From the sequence record DRR723986_4700: a stretch of DNA of 42,779 nucleotides; one strand, written 5' to 3'. The position numbers and the translations under genes are program-made. The notes under the pieces are model-generated. The model saw nothing but the letters and a program-made list of their open reading frames with translations, did no database searches and was not told the DNA's origin. Positions 28,484-38,262 of this stretch are shown in pieces. Each line of letters opens with the position of its first letter. Position 1 is the stretch's first letter.

Positions 28484-29704
28484 TCAAGCGGTTGCGTTTG
28501 CAGGGACGGACCGTCCATTGTCGGCATGAACCTTCCGCGCTCCGTGGTCGTCAGAAGGCACGCCACGCGTCGTATCAGCGGCGATCCCGGCGGCAATCCT
28601 GTTGGCTGCGATCCCGGCGGCATCAAAGTAACCAGTGAAAATCGGCTTAAACCCGGTGAACCAGAGACCGGGATTTTCCGGGTCACACTCACCCATCGGG
28701 TAGTGCGGCACCCCATTGGTGTCGAGCACGCCGAGATGTCCCAGCAGCGGTTCCAGCCCCGTGCGATAGCCTGTTGCCGCGATGACAACGTCAGGTGCGC
28801 AGCTTGAGCCATCCGTGAGGATGACGTTATCCCCCTCGAAGCGGTCAACACCGGGAACGACCCGGAACCGCCCGGCCTTCAGGGCGGCCACAAATCCGTC
28901 ATCGATCGCAAAGGTGACACCGTCCCGCAGAAGCCGGGTCCCGCCTCCTTCTGGATGGGTGCTCAGCCCGTATCGGCGAAGATTGCCAAGAAAAACCCGC
29001 TCGGTCAGACGAAAGGCCGGATCCAGGACCCAGGCCGGAAGGGCCGCGAAGACCCGGGCCAGTCGGTGCAGCGGAAACCCGAAGATACGCTGTGGTACGA
29101 CTGCAGGCCCGTATCGGACAGACACGATGACCTCTGCCGGACCGTGCCGCGCGAGATGGTTGAGCGCGTCAGTGCCCGAATTCCCGGCGCCAACGACCAG
29201 AACGCGCTTGCCGTCGAAGCGGGACACATCACCGAGGTTCGCCGTGTGCAGAAACTCGCCCGAAAACCGGTCGCGCCCCGGCCAGTCCGGAATGTGCGCA
29301 ATGTTTTCGCGGCCCGTCGCGATTACCAGATTGTCTGCCTGATAGTCACCGGTCGCGGTGGAGACATGCCACCCGTCTGGCGTACGGGCGACACTGGTTA
29401 CCTTGCCACTGTATCGGACATGTGTGTCCAGTCCCGCTACATAGGCTTCAAGAAATTCCACTACGGTGTCACGCTTCAGAAAGACGCCGTCGGTCTTGGG
29501 CGCCTTCTGGCCGGGCAGGCTGGCAAACTTGCGGTGTATGTTGAGCCGAAGCGCCGGATGCCGCGCCCGCCAGGGTTCAGCAACCCGGTCCCGTGCTTCC
29601 AGCACGGTGACAGGCAGGCCACCATCGGAAAGAGAGCGTGCCACGGCAAGACCCGAAAGTCCTGCTCCGATGACAAGCGTGTTTCTGTATTGTTGGGACT
29701 TCAT
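28484..29704 (-). CDS. Flavin-containing monooxygenase (class B, CzcO/YUCCA-like)
   Basis: GAGLSG, ATG, FSGEFLHTANL (FMO fingerprint variant), GAGNSG and ATGY. Confidence 0.9.
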   Translation of the reverse strand: MKSQQYRNTLVIGAGLSGLAVARSLSDGGLPVTVLEARDRVAEPWRARHPALRLNIHRKFASLPGQKAPKTDGVFLKRDTVVEFLEAYVAGLDTHVRYSGKVTSVARTPDGWHVSTATGDYQADNLVIATGRENIAHIPDWPGRDRFSGEFLHTANLGDVSRFDGKRVLVVGAGNSGTDALNHLARHGPAEVIVSVRYGPAVVPQRIFGFPLHRLARVFAALPAWVLDPAFRLTERVFLGNLRRYGLSTHPEGGGTRLLRDGVTFAIDDGFVAALKAGRFRVVPGVDRFEGDNVILTDGSSCAPDVVIAATGYRTGLEPLLGHLGVLDTNGVPHYPMGECDPENPGLWFTGFKPIFTGYFDAAGIAANRIAAGIAADTTRGVPSDDHGARKVHADNGRSVPANATA

Positions 29705-29706
29705 GA

Positions 29707-29940
29707 TCAGTCCTTTCGGTGTCTTCTCAGCAAATGCTGAGGAAATTCGGGGTCACGCAGATGTGCGTATTGTTCGAGGCCCAAATCCTGCAGGAGATGG
29801 TCCGAAAGCCGCGAGAGGTCTCCGAAATTCCGGCGAAAGCGTCGTTGTTCACGCGCTTCTCTGATCCGTTGCCAAAGGCTCTTCACGCGACTTGAGACAG
29901 TCCTGTGCACTCCGTCGACGAACGGCAATATCATCGTCAT
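29707..29940 (-). CDS. DUF1127 (YjiS-like) small Arg-rich protein, 77 aa
   Basis: WQRIREAREQRRFRRNFGDLSRLSDHLLQDLGL fits the DUF1127 L..LSD..L.D.G motif. AAGGA upstream. Fills the gap between the methyltransferase and the FMO. Confidence 0.78.
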   Translation of the reverse strand: MTMILPFVDGVHRTVSSRVKSLWQRIREAREQRRFRRNFGDLSRLSDHLLQDLGLEQYAHLRDPEFPQHLLRRHRKD

Positions 29941-29965
29941 GTCATGTATCCTTGTCGGTGCCCGG

Positions 29966-31048
29966 TCAGATCCGGGCTGTGAAATACGCGTTGATGGGAT
30001 CGTGCGGCAGCCGGTGGGTTTCGACCGATGCGAAGCCGGTTTCGGCGAGGTACTCTTCGGCCGTCTCCACTCCCCACATCGCCCCCAGACCCGGACCACC
30101 CTGGCCGATGGAGACGGGTGTGCAGTGCATGCTCGAGATCGTGTACAAGAGCGGCGCGAAGGGATTTGCGATGTTCTTTTCAAGATCGCGCGACCCACCG
30201 ATATCCTGCATCAGGAAGACGCCGCCCGGCCGCATTGACTGCCGCACGAGCCGCAGAAACGCCTTGGGATCCGCCTGGTCGTGAACCGCGTCGAAGGCGG
30301 TTACCAGATCGAACCGGCCCAACTCGTTTGCAGTCGACAGATCACGCACTTCGAAGTGCAGGTTCTTCAAACCTTTGGTTCTGGCTTCAGCGGCCGTCTG
30401 TGCGAAAGCGTCCTCGCAAAGATCGAAACCGTGAAAGCGACTGTTTGGATAAACGCTCGCCAGCGCCATCATCGCCAGGCCTCGTCCGCAGCCGAAATCG
30501 GCCACGTCGATGCCGTCCTCCAACCGCTGGGTCAGGCCCGGGACCACCGGCAGAATAGCGCTCACAAGGTTGGAGACGACCAACTGCGCACTGTCCTCGG
30601 CCATCACCTCGTGAAAGCGATCGAAATGGTGGTAGCAAAGGCCCTCGCCACTGCGGAACCGCTCCAGTAGTTCGTTTTCGATGGACGCCGCGATGCTGAT
30701 GAACTGGGTCGTGACGGCCATGTTGTCCGGGCTGGCGCTACGGGTCAGAAACGCGGCATGCTCCGGCGGCAACGTGTAGCTTCTCGCCCGCGGGTCATAG
30801 TCGACGACACCCGCCGTCACCATCACGCCGAGCCATTCACGCAGGTAGCGTTCGTTGACAGCGGCCTTCTGCGAAAGCACCTGCGAATTGAGGCCGGGGT
30901 TGGCCCCAAGCGCATCGAACAGTCCAGCACGGTGTCCGAGAGAGGTCATGATCGCGAGTGCCGCTTCGTTCAGCGTACCGACAAAGCGTTCGGCGAAGGC
31001 TTCGGCTTTCGCTTCGTTGAATGCAAGATTTGGGTTCTGGTAGGTCAT
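29966..31048 (-). CDS. Class I SAM-dependent methyltransferase with N-terminal winged helix (Rv2258c-like)
   Basis: AGGAG then MTYQNP. GHRAGLF, NERYLREWL, ADFGCGRG, FDAVHDQ, SSMHCTPVS and LGAMWG. Confidence 0.9.
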   Translation of the reverse strand: MTYQNPNLAFNEAKAEAFAERFVGTLNEAALAIMTSLGHRAGLFDALGANPGLNSQVLSQKAAVNERYLREWLGVMVTAGVVDYDPRARSYTLPPEHAAFLTRSASPDNMAVTTQFISIAASIENELLERFRSGEGLCYHHFDRFHEVMAEDSAQLVVSNLVSAILPVVPGLTQRLEDGIDVADFGCGRGLAMMALASVYPNSRFHGFDLCEDAFAQTAAEARTKGLKNLHFEVRDLSTANELGRFDLVTAFDAVHDQADPKAFLRLVRQSMRPGGVFLMQDIGGSRDLEKNIANPFAPLLYTISSMHCTPVSIGQGGPGLGAMWGVETAEEYLAETGFASVETHRLPHDPINAYFTARI

Positions 31049-31189
31049 CCGATGCTCCTGAGGTGGTAATGTGCAGCACGATCTGCCGCTGTCCTGACCA
31101 TGGAGATGGACCAAATACGCCAACTGCGTTAGAAGAGAAGAAGAATGAAACGGTGATAATAAGACTTTAATTGAGGGGTTTTGCGCAAC

Positions 31190-32200
31190 ATGAGCTTGAA
31201 CACGACCGTTATAGGAACACGCTTGACCGGAACGTCCGTGCTGTTCTCGATCCTTGACGTTCTGGCCTCCGTGGGCCGCGATTGGGAAATGTTGCACGGC
31301 TTGCCTGCGCAATCGCCGGTGTTTCAGGTCAGCCTCAGAACCCTCGATGGCGCACCTTATTGGGACGTGAACGGGCGCAAGATCACACCTGACGGGATGC
31401 TGACCGAAGCGCCGGAACCCGACTTGATTATCGTGTCCGATTTGCACCTCGACCCAAATGGCCACCTGCCGGAAGAGTTTAACCCGGTCGCGGACTGGCT
31501 CAGTGAAGCCTACGCACGCGGCGCGATTGTCACCTCCGTCTGCTCTGGCTCAATCCTTCTGGGTGCAGCAGGATTGTTGGACGGCAAGGAAGCGACGACG
31601 CATTGGGGCTATGCGGATATGCTTGGACGAAACTTCCCGAAGGTGAGGGTTTGCCGTGAACGCATTCTCGTCGCGGCGGGGGACGGTCACCAGGTGGTCA
31701 CCGCAGGAGGTGCCTCGGCGTGGGCTGATCTCATGTTGTATCTGATCGGACGGTTCGCCGGTACAGAAGAAGCCCGCAGGATCGCGAAGATCTATTTGAT
31801 CGATCCACATGACCAGGGCCAGCTGACATACGCATCCCTTGCCTCCGGGCGACAACATGACGACCAGCTGATTGCAGAAGCGCAGGTCTGGGCCGCACGA
31901 AATTACCACAGATCAAGTCCCGTAACCGCCATGGCGGTAATGGCCCAAATGACCGAGCGCGGGTTTCTGCGTCGCTTCAGGAAGGCGACCGGACAGGCTC
32001 CAGCCGACTATGTGCAGACTTTGCGTGTCGAGGAAGCCAAACAGCTGCTGGAGACGACGGCGATGTCGATCGAGGAAATCTCAGCCGAGGTCGGATATAC
32101 CGAACCCTCGAGTTTCCGATCGGCATTCCGAAAGCGCGTCGGGACCTCGGCGTCGGCTTATCGAAAGAAATGGCAAGCGTTGGTTCCGGTTTCATCCTGA
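31190..32200 (+). CDS. GlxA/FtrA-type AraC regulator (DJ-1 domain plus HTH)
   Basis: SVCSGS...AGLLDGKEATTHW, VTAGG and FLRRFRKATG...LRVEEAKQLLE. Divergent from the methyltransferase operon. Confidence 0.92.
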   Translation: MSLNTTVIGTRLTGTSVLFSILDVLASVGRDWEMLHGLPAQSPVFQVSLRTLDGAPYWDVNGRKITPDGMLTEAPEPDLIIVSDLHLDPNGHLPEEFNPVADWLSEAYARGAIVTSVCSGSILLGAAGLLDGKEATTHWGYADMLGRNFPKVRVCRERILVAAGDGHQVVTAGGASAWADLMLYLIGRFAGTEEARRIAKIYLIDPHDQGQLTYASLASGRQHDDQLIAEAQVWAARNYHRSSPVTAMAVMAQMTERGFLRRFRKATGQAPADYVQTLRVEEAKQLLETTAMSIEEISAEVGYTEPSSFRSAFRKRVGTSASAYRKKWQALVPVSS

Positions 32201-32373
32201 GTTTGGTCCCCCTCCCTTACGAGTTGGGCCACCAGGTTTGCATCGCCGTCTCTGCTGTTCCAGGCAACTGCCGTTCATGCGCACCGCAGCACGTGGCGAA
32301 ATAGGCGAAGCAGTCCTTCGCTGCGAAGAACGCCAACGGTCTGTCTGGCTCGGGAACCCGTCGTCAGGCGGCC

Positions 32374-32493
32374 TGCGGCAGCAGGCAGGCGGCGGGGTTG
32401 GAGGGCAGCTAGCCGTTCGGCCACCAGCTGAAACAGCGCGACGACACCGGCTTCCTGATCGCCATCCGGGCTGCCGTCTTGCTGACCGTCAAG
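32374..32493 (+). pseudogene. Decayed 40-codon fragment paralogous to 38596-38715
   Basis: Translates CGSRQAAGLEGS*PFGHQLKQRDDTGFLIAIRAAVLLTVK versus CGSKDAVGLDGSDLIGHRLELRDDTGFLIGIWAAAFLIVK. Gap-free, 95/120 nt identical by hand count, TAG at 32410-32412. Confidence 0.85.
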
Positions 32494-32596
32494 GCTAGTG
32501 GCTTTTCTTGATGTCTTGTCAAATATTGACGTAACGGAAGTTATCGAATAAGTTGTAGATATAAGATTTATATCGTTTTTAAATATGGAGTTCGAG

Positions 32597-32710
32597 ATGA
32601 CGTGGAATATGCACACGTTTTTTGCAGTACTCTTTACCGCGACGATCGCCTTCACGACCATGTCTACGGTTCCGGCTGAAGCCTGCAACCCGAGATATCA
32701 GCGCTGTTAG
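32597..32710 (+). CDS. Small putative secreted peptide precursor, 37 aa (MTWNMHTFFAVLFTATIAFTTMSTVPAEA-CNPRYQRC)
   Basis: GGAG at 32587-32590, AT-rich upstream region, hydrophobic core, Pro then A-E-A SPase I site, 8-aa mature part with terminal Cys. Below the ORF-track cutoff. Confidence 0.6.
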   Translation: MTWNMHTFFAVLFTATIAFTTMSTVPAEACNPRYQRC

Positions 32711-32785
32711 AACAGCTGGTCTGGAGCCTTGTCCGTTTCATAGGTTCGGCACGTTCAAGGCTTTCTCGAACTGGTGAGGTAAGGC

Positions 32786-33268
32786 GTGTCGTTCTGGTCG
32801 GGAAAGAAAGAGTCGCTCAATCAAAGCCTGGTGGAGATCACCTTCAGAGCGGTGCTCTCCGGCCTTGTGATCGTGTTTTTCGCGCAATTCCTGATCGCCA
32901 GGGTCGACAACCAAATCGAAGTCGCGTCGAAACGCGATGCGCTGAACACCTTCAGGAACAGCCATTTATCCAAGCTGACCACGCGGTTGTCAGACGCTTT
33001 TCTGGCCCTTGATTGTACGCGAAGCGTTAGCACCCTTTCGACGAATGCCTGCAAAAACGATATCGCGACCTTCCTGACGGAGTTGAATACGATTTCCCTC
33101 GAACTAAAGGCGGTCTACCCGAGTTCCGCGTTCCCGAAATTGGTCGAGCTGCAAGACCAGGCAGAACTGATGTACTCAACACCGTCGCAAGTGAGCCAGC
33201 AGAACGTAGACGGTTTCGCTGCCACCTTTGGAGCGTCGCTGCACGAGATGGCGCAGAACTTCAGATAA
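32786..33268 (+). CDS. Hypothetical single-TM protein (160 aa)
   Basis: GAGGTAAGG before GTG. One hydrophobic segment (AVLSGLVIVFFAQFLIA), then a helical domain with a Cys pair (CTRSVSTLSTNAC). Confidence 0.7.
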   Translation: MSFWSGKKESLNQSLVEITFRAVLSGLVIVFFAQFLIARVDNQIEVASKRDALNTFRNSHLSKLTTRLSDAFLALDCTRSVSTLSTNACKNDIATFLTELNTISLELKAVYPSSAFPKLVELQDQAELMYSTPSQVSQQNVDGFAATFGASLHEMAQNFR

Positions 33269-33284
33269 GAAAGGATGCCTGATC

Positions 33285-34586
33285 ATGAAATGTATGTTTC
33301 ACAGCTTGCTTTTTATCTGCTCAATTTCTGTCGCATGGGCTCAAGACCCGACCGGCGATATCCCCGATGGAGCGCGCTGGGTCGTTGGCGGCACATTCGC
33401 CCTGTCCAAAATTGGCGACAACGAGCTCAGAGGCAGCAAGAGTTATTCGGGCGCGGAAAAGGAGGCAAACAGACTTGCGACTTTCCTGCCCGGAATGACC
33501 ATCATGTTCAATCTGGAAAGAAGCACGGTACCGGGACGATCAGAGTACCTTGAGGGTACGACACACTACGGGATCCCCGTAGCGGTTCTGGCCCGCGACA
33601 TATCGGCAAACGACTTTGGAAACCGCGACACGACAGATGTGGTCACGCATCAATCCTATACGGGATGCCGGGATCTTGCCTGTACGCTGGAGGCTGAAGT
33701 CGGCATTGGCTATTCCTTCAAGATTGAAGAAGAAGACGATGAAAGGCTGGTTCTGTACAACCCGCAATCTGAACTGCGGATCATACACACTCTGGACGCC
33801 TTCGATCAGAATGAAGCGCGGGGATATTCCACACGCGTCAAGGACCGAGTGCACCCGCGCCTGAAGGTTCACGACGGATATGCTTCAGAGATTTCAACCG
33901 GTTGCGGGCTGACACGCCCGGTTCAACCGCTGATCAAGGTGCCGAAAGATCAATACGATACTCTGCCTTTGACCTGGGACGTCAACAGCCTGAACTGGTC
34001 GTTGAAAGCGCTGGAGCTGTTTGATGTCGGCAAGGTCGAGTTGAACGCGGAAGGTACGCACTACGTCGGACGGCTGAATTCCGAGCTCGGGGTCGGTACC
34101 GAGTCCGATGAGGGTCCCGTGGCGCTTGACTTCACTGTCTTTGCCTATCGCGATTCCGAATGGACAAATCCGGACTTCTACAAATTTGGCGGATTGGCGC
34201 AGACCGTTACCTGCCGCAAACGCAACCCGATCGCCGGTCAACCACTGCCGCGCTACGTCAAGAACGCCTTTCTCTATTTCGATATTCAGGAAGGCGAGCA
34301 ACCCCAAGACTTTCCGCTGGACCCGGTCCAGTTGCCTGACCAGTTCAAGGACAACAAGGAACTACAGGACGAACTGCGAACCTATCTGCCCCGCGCCTTT
34401 TTCTACAGCGTGAACAACGCGAGGCAGTACAAAGAACTGTTTGAATACATCGTGGAAGACACAAACATCGCCTTCCCGTCGGCAGTTGCCAACGTGATCG
34501 CGCGGCTGAACGCCACCTGCGGACCTCAGAGCCGTGCCGAATGCGCAGATATCGTGGATCGTGTCGGCGCTTTGAGAAACGACTAG
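33285..34586 (+). CDS. Hypothetical secreted protein (433 aa)
   Basis: AAGGA RBS. Signal peptide MKCMFHSLLFICSISVAWA-Q. Long acidic ORF with 6 Cys in the mature part. No family recognised. Confidence 0.8.
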   Translation: MKCMFHSLLFICSISVAWAQDPTGDIPDGARWVVGGTFALSKIGDNELRGSKSYSGAEKEANRLATFLPGMTIMFNLERSTVPGRSEYLEGTTHYGIPVAVLARDISANDFGNRDTTDVVTHQSYTGCRDLACTLEAEVGIGYSFKIEEEDDERLVLYNPQSELRIIHTLDAFDQNEARGYSTRVKDRVHPRLKVHDGYASEISTGCGLTRPVQPLIKVPKDQYDTLPLTWDVNSLNWSLKALELFDVGKVELNAEGTHYVGRLNSELGVGTESDEGPVALDFTVFAYRDSEWTNPDFYKFGGLAQTVTCRKRNPIAGQPLPRYVKNAFLYFDIQEGEQPQDFPLDPVQLPDQFKDNKELQDELRTYLPRAFFYSVNNARQYKELFEYIVEDTNIAFPSAVANVIARLNATCGPQSRAECADIVDRVGALRND

Positions 34587-34630
34587 CAAGACATACCGCC
34601 GCAAGATTTTCACCTGGATCGTTCAGTAGG

Positions 34631-35527
34631 TCACGGCAATCGATGCCGAAGTGCATCCAGGACCAGCTTGAAGACGGGAAGGTTCTGTCGCCGGGTCGGG
34701 TAGTAGAGAAAGTAACCGTCGAAATACGGAGACCAGTCGTCGAGAAGCAATCTCAGATCACCAGACTCAACGTGTGGATCTGCAAGACTGTTCGGAACAA
34801 AGGCGACCCCCAAGCCATTTAGCACGGCGTCCATCATGGCGTAGGAATTGTTGAAGGTGAGTTGGCCGTCAACACGAACATTCACTTCCTGCCCCTCCTT
34901 CTCGAACTCCCAAGCATAAAGTCCGCCACGTGTTTCGTGCCGCATGTTGATGCAGTCATGATCGAGCAGATCACGCGGATGTTCCGGGCTTTTCCGCGAT
35001 GCCAGATAAGCGGGAGAAGCCACGGCGACCATGCGCCAGTCAGGGCCGATGCGCGCGGCAATCATGTCTCTCTCCACACTTTCGCCCAAGCGCACTCCAG
35101 CATCAAAACCGTCCTCCACGATATTGCGAAAACCACTATCCAGACTGAACTCGATCCTGATGTCGGGATGGTGGTGAAGGAACGGCTTCAGCTTTGGCCA
35201 GACGACCGTTTGAAACGCGTGATCAGAAAGCGTCAGCCGGATTGATCCGGACGGCTTTTCACGCAAGGCCAGCAGCGCTGCAACTTCGTCCTCGATCTCG
35301 TCCAGTCGCGGCGCAACGGTTGCCAGCAGACGTTCGCCGGCGGGTGTGGTCGCGACATTGCGCGTCGTGCGGTTCAAGAGGCGCAGACCCAGGTTGGTCT
35401 CCAACCGCTTGATGGTGTGGCTCAATGTCGATTGCGCCACGCCGATCCTTGCGGCGGCCTTGGTAAAGCTACGCTCTTCCGCAACGATGCGGAACCACAT
35501 CAGATCATTGAAATCGGTTCCTGACAT
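34631..35527 (-). CDS. LysR-family regulator (PgrR/YcaN-like)
   Basis: ERSFTKAAARIGVAQSTLSHTIKRLE, GFDAGVRLGE, YAWEFEK and GYFLYYPTRRQ. Confidence 0.93.
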   Translation of the reverse strand: MSGTDFNDLMWFRIVAEERSFTKAAARIGVAQSTLSHTIKRLETNLGLRLLNRTTRNVATTPAGERLLATVAPRLDEIEDEVAALLALREKPSGSIRLTLSDHAFQTVVWPKLKPFLHHHPDIRIEFSLDSGFRNIVEDGFDAGVRLGESVERDMIAARIGPDWRMVAVASPAYLASRKSPEHPRDLLDHDCINMRHETRGGLYAWEFEKEGQEVNVRVDGQLTFNNSYAMMDAVLNGLGVAFVPNSLADPHVESGDLRLLLDDWSPYFDGYFLYYPTRRQNLPVFKLVLDALRHRLP

Positions 35528-35638
35528 GGTGGCATCATTAATCGATTTGATCGATTAGTCCATGCCGTTTGTGACGGCTAATCACATAGATCGTTCGTCT
35601 CTATCTTTCCGGCAACACAAGAGACCGGAGAACCTAAA

Positions 35639-36838
35639 TTGAGCGATGCGAGTGTCACCACGTCCCAAAGCCAGCCTCTTGCAGCCTGGGGTGCGGTCCT
35701 GTCCATGGCGCTTTGTGTTGCCATGCTGATCGCGTCGGAATTCATGCCGGTCAGTCTCCTGACGCTGATGGCGGAAGGACTGGGCTCGAGTGAAGGCCAG
35801 ACGGGTCAGGCGATTTCGATTAGCGGATTATTCGCCGTAGGTGCGAGCTTGCTGATCACGACCACCGCAGGCCGTTTGAACCGCAAATGGGTGATGGTCG
35901 CACTGACCGGGCTGATGTTGATATCGCTGGTGATGGTTGCCATGGCACAGAGCTTTGCTGCGCTGATGTTCGCCCGCGCCCTTTTGGGTATTTGCATCGG
36001 TGGTTTCTGGGCCCTGGCAACTGCTGTCGTCATGCGGCTGGTTCCCGAAGCAGACGTTCCGCGTGCACTTTCGCTGATGTATGGAGGACAGGCAATCGCC
36101 GCGGCCTTCGCAGCCCCGCTTGGCAGCTACCTGGGAGATATCATCGGCTGGCGTAACGTCTTCTGGTCGCTGACACCCGCCGTCGCCATCAACCTGATCT
36201 GGCAACTGGTAGCGCTTCCTTCATTGCCTGCGCGCCGCAGCCGGAGTTTTGGAGCCCTGGTCGCGGTGTTGCGCCGCCGCTATTTTCTACGCGGCATCTT
36301 GGCGGCGATGCTGTCCTGGGGCGCAGCCTTCACCATGTTCACCTACCTGCGCCCGTATCTGGAACAGGTAACGCGGGTCGATGTGACCGCTTTGTCGATC
36401 CTTCTTCTGTTGCTGGGGAGCGCGGGCTTCGTCGGAACCTGGGCGGCGGGTCGTTTCATCGCGGGCAACGTGGCGCCGCAATTGAAGTACCCGGCACTTA
36501 TCATGGGCACAGTTACATTTGGCCTCCTGTTCACGGGAAGCTCGTCACTTCTGACCGGAATTCTGCTCTTCATCTGGGGCGCGATGAACACCGCCATGTC
36601 TGTCATCTTCATGACCTGGATGGCGCAGAACGTCGATGATGCCCCGGAAGAGGGCGGCAGCCTGATGGTAGCCGCGATCCAGGCCTCGATCCTGCTGGGC
36701 GCAGTCGTCGGTGGGGCGTTGCTGGACAGCTGGTCGATCACCGCAACTTTCGCCGGCAGTGTCACCCTGTCCGTCGCTGCTATCGCCGTGATTGGCAACG
36801 GTCATCTCCTGCTCAAGCCCCGATCGGAAAAGCAATGA
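35639..36838 (+). CDS. MFS transporter (NepI/DHA1-like)
   Basis: SEFMPVSLL, GQAISIS, RALLGICIGGFW, GWRNVF and FTYLRPYLE. About 12 TM. GGAG then TTG start. Confidence 0.9.
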   Translation: MSDASVTTSQSQPLAAWGAVLSMALCVAMLIASEFMPVSLLTLMAEGLGSSEGQTGQAISISGLFAVGASLLITTTAGRLNRKWVMVALTGLMLISLVMVAMAQSFAALMFARALLGICIGGFWALATAVVMRLVPEADVPRALSLMYGGQAIAAAFAAPLGSYLGDIIGWRNVFWSLTPAVAINLIWQLVALPSLPARRSRSFGALVAVLRRRYFLRGILAAMLSWGAAFTMFTYLRPYLEQVTRVDVTALSILLLLLGSAGFVGTWAAGRFIAGNVAPQLKYPALIMGTVTFGLLFTGSSSLLTGILLFIWGAMNTAMSVIFMTWMAQNVDDAPEEGGSLMVAAIQASILLGAVVGGALLDSWSITATFAGSVTLSVAAIAVIGNGHLLLKPRSEKQ

Positions 36839-36854
36839 ACCAACCGGAGAAAAA

Positions 36855-37943
36855 ATGACCGACAAATCCAACGAACGGACCGCCGGCACGACGCTCGGCC
36901 GTCGTGCCATGCTGAAGATGACTGGCGCGGGTGTCGCCGCCATCGGCATGGCTTCAGCAATCAACATTTCAATAGCAAGGGCACAGACCATGACAGAAGT
37001 TTGGGACAAGACCTTCCCGCAAAGCGACCGTGTCGATCATGAAAAGGTTCGCTTTACCAACCGCTACGGCATCACCCTGACCGGTGATCTCTACTTACCC
37101 AAGGACCGTGCAAAGAGCGGCCTGCCAGCCCTGGCCATCAGCGGTCCGTTTGGCGCCGTCAAGGAGCAGTCCTCAGGCCTCTACGCCTAGACCATGGCCG
37201 AGCGTGGCTTCGTAACCTTGGCGTTTGATCCGTCTTACACCGGCGAGAGCGGCGGCGAACCGCGCAACGTCGCCTCGCCCGACATCAATACCGAAGATTT
37301 CATGGCAGCGGTCGATTACCTTGGCCTGCATGGTTCAGTGGACCGCGAGCGGATCGGTGTTATCGGCATCTGCGGCTGGGGCGGCATGGCTCTGAATGCC
37401 GTCGCGGCTGACAAGCGTGTCAAGGCAGTCGTGGCCAGCACCATGTATGACATGACCCGTGTCATGTCCAAGGGCTACAATGACAGCGTGACCGCTGAAC
37501 AGCGTGCGGCAACGCTGGAACAGCTGAGCCGCCAGCGTTGGGAAGATGCTGAAAACGGTGTCCCGGCAATGCAGCCGGCATACAACGAGCTACATGGTGG
37601 CGAGGCGCAGTTCATGGTCGATTACCACGACTATTACATGACATCGCGCGGCTACCATGAACGTGCGGTCAATTCCGGTAACTCCTGGACAATCACGACG
37701 CCGCTGTCCTTCATGAACATGCCGATCCTCAGCTATATCGCAGAGATCGCGCCGCGTCCGGTCCTGTTCATCCACGGCGAGAATGCCCATTCGCGCTATT
37801 TCAGCGAAACCGCCTATGAAGCAGCAGCCGAACCGAAGGAGCTGCTGATCGTTCCTGGAGCTAACCACACGGATCTCTACGACAAGGTGGATGTAATTCC
37901 CTTTGACCGGATCGAGACCTTTTTTGAACAGGCACTCGCCTGA
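36855..37943 (+). pseudogene. Tat-signal alpha/beta hydrolase (YcjY-like) interrupted by an in-frame TAG
   Basis: One frame from ATG 36855 (GRRAMLK signal) through GPFGAVKEQSSGLYA-TAG(37188-37190)-TMAERGF, then GICGWGG nucleophile elbow and HTDLYD. A CAG-to-TAG change would restore Gln. Confidence 0.85.
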
Positions 37944-38262
37944 TAGAGGGTCAGCCTCGCCACGGAATATCCGGGCGGGGCAGATCTTTGCCTTGTGCTG
38001 ACACTCATCATCATCGCTGGTTCAGATTTTCAAGCTCTAACAGGTCCTTTTTTGCTCAGGACTTGCAGGTCAACTCCGGGCCGGTATTGCCGCTGCCTCC
38101 AGCACCGACAAATGTCAGCTACGCCATGACCGAACCCGCAAGCAGGCAACCCGCTCCCGGGTCTTTTCAGCATCGCCCCTCGTCATACCCGTGCCGCCCC
38201 TGTACCCTACCCTTCATCCTCTAAACGGGATGATCCGGTAACGCCCACCACGGGAGGCGGTC

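Noticed and set aside
37188-37190. Pyrrolysine or programmed amber recoding
   Set aside because: No pyl genes in the window, the enzyme family is not known for it, and a single C-to-T change from a Gln codon explains the stop.
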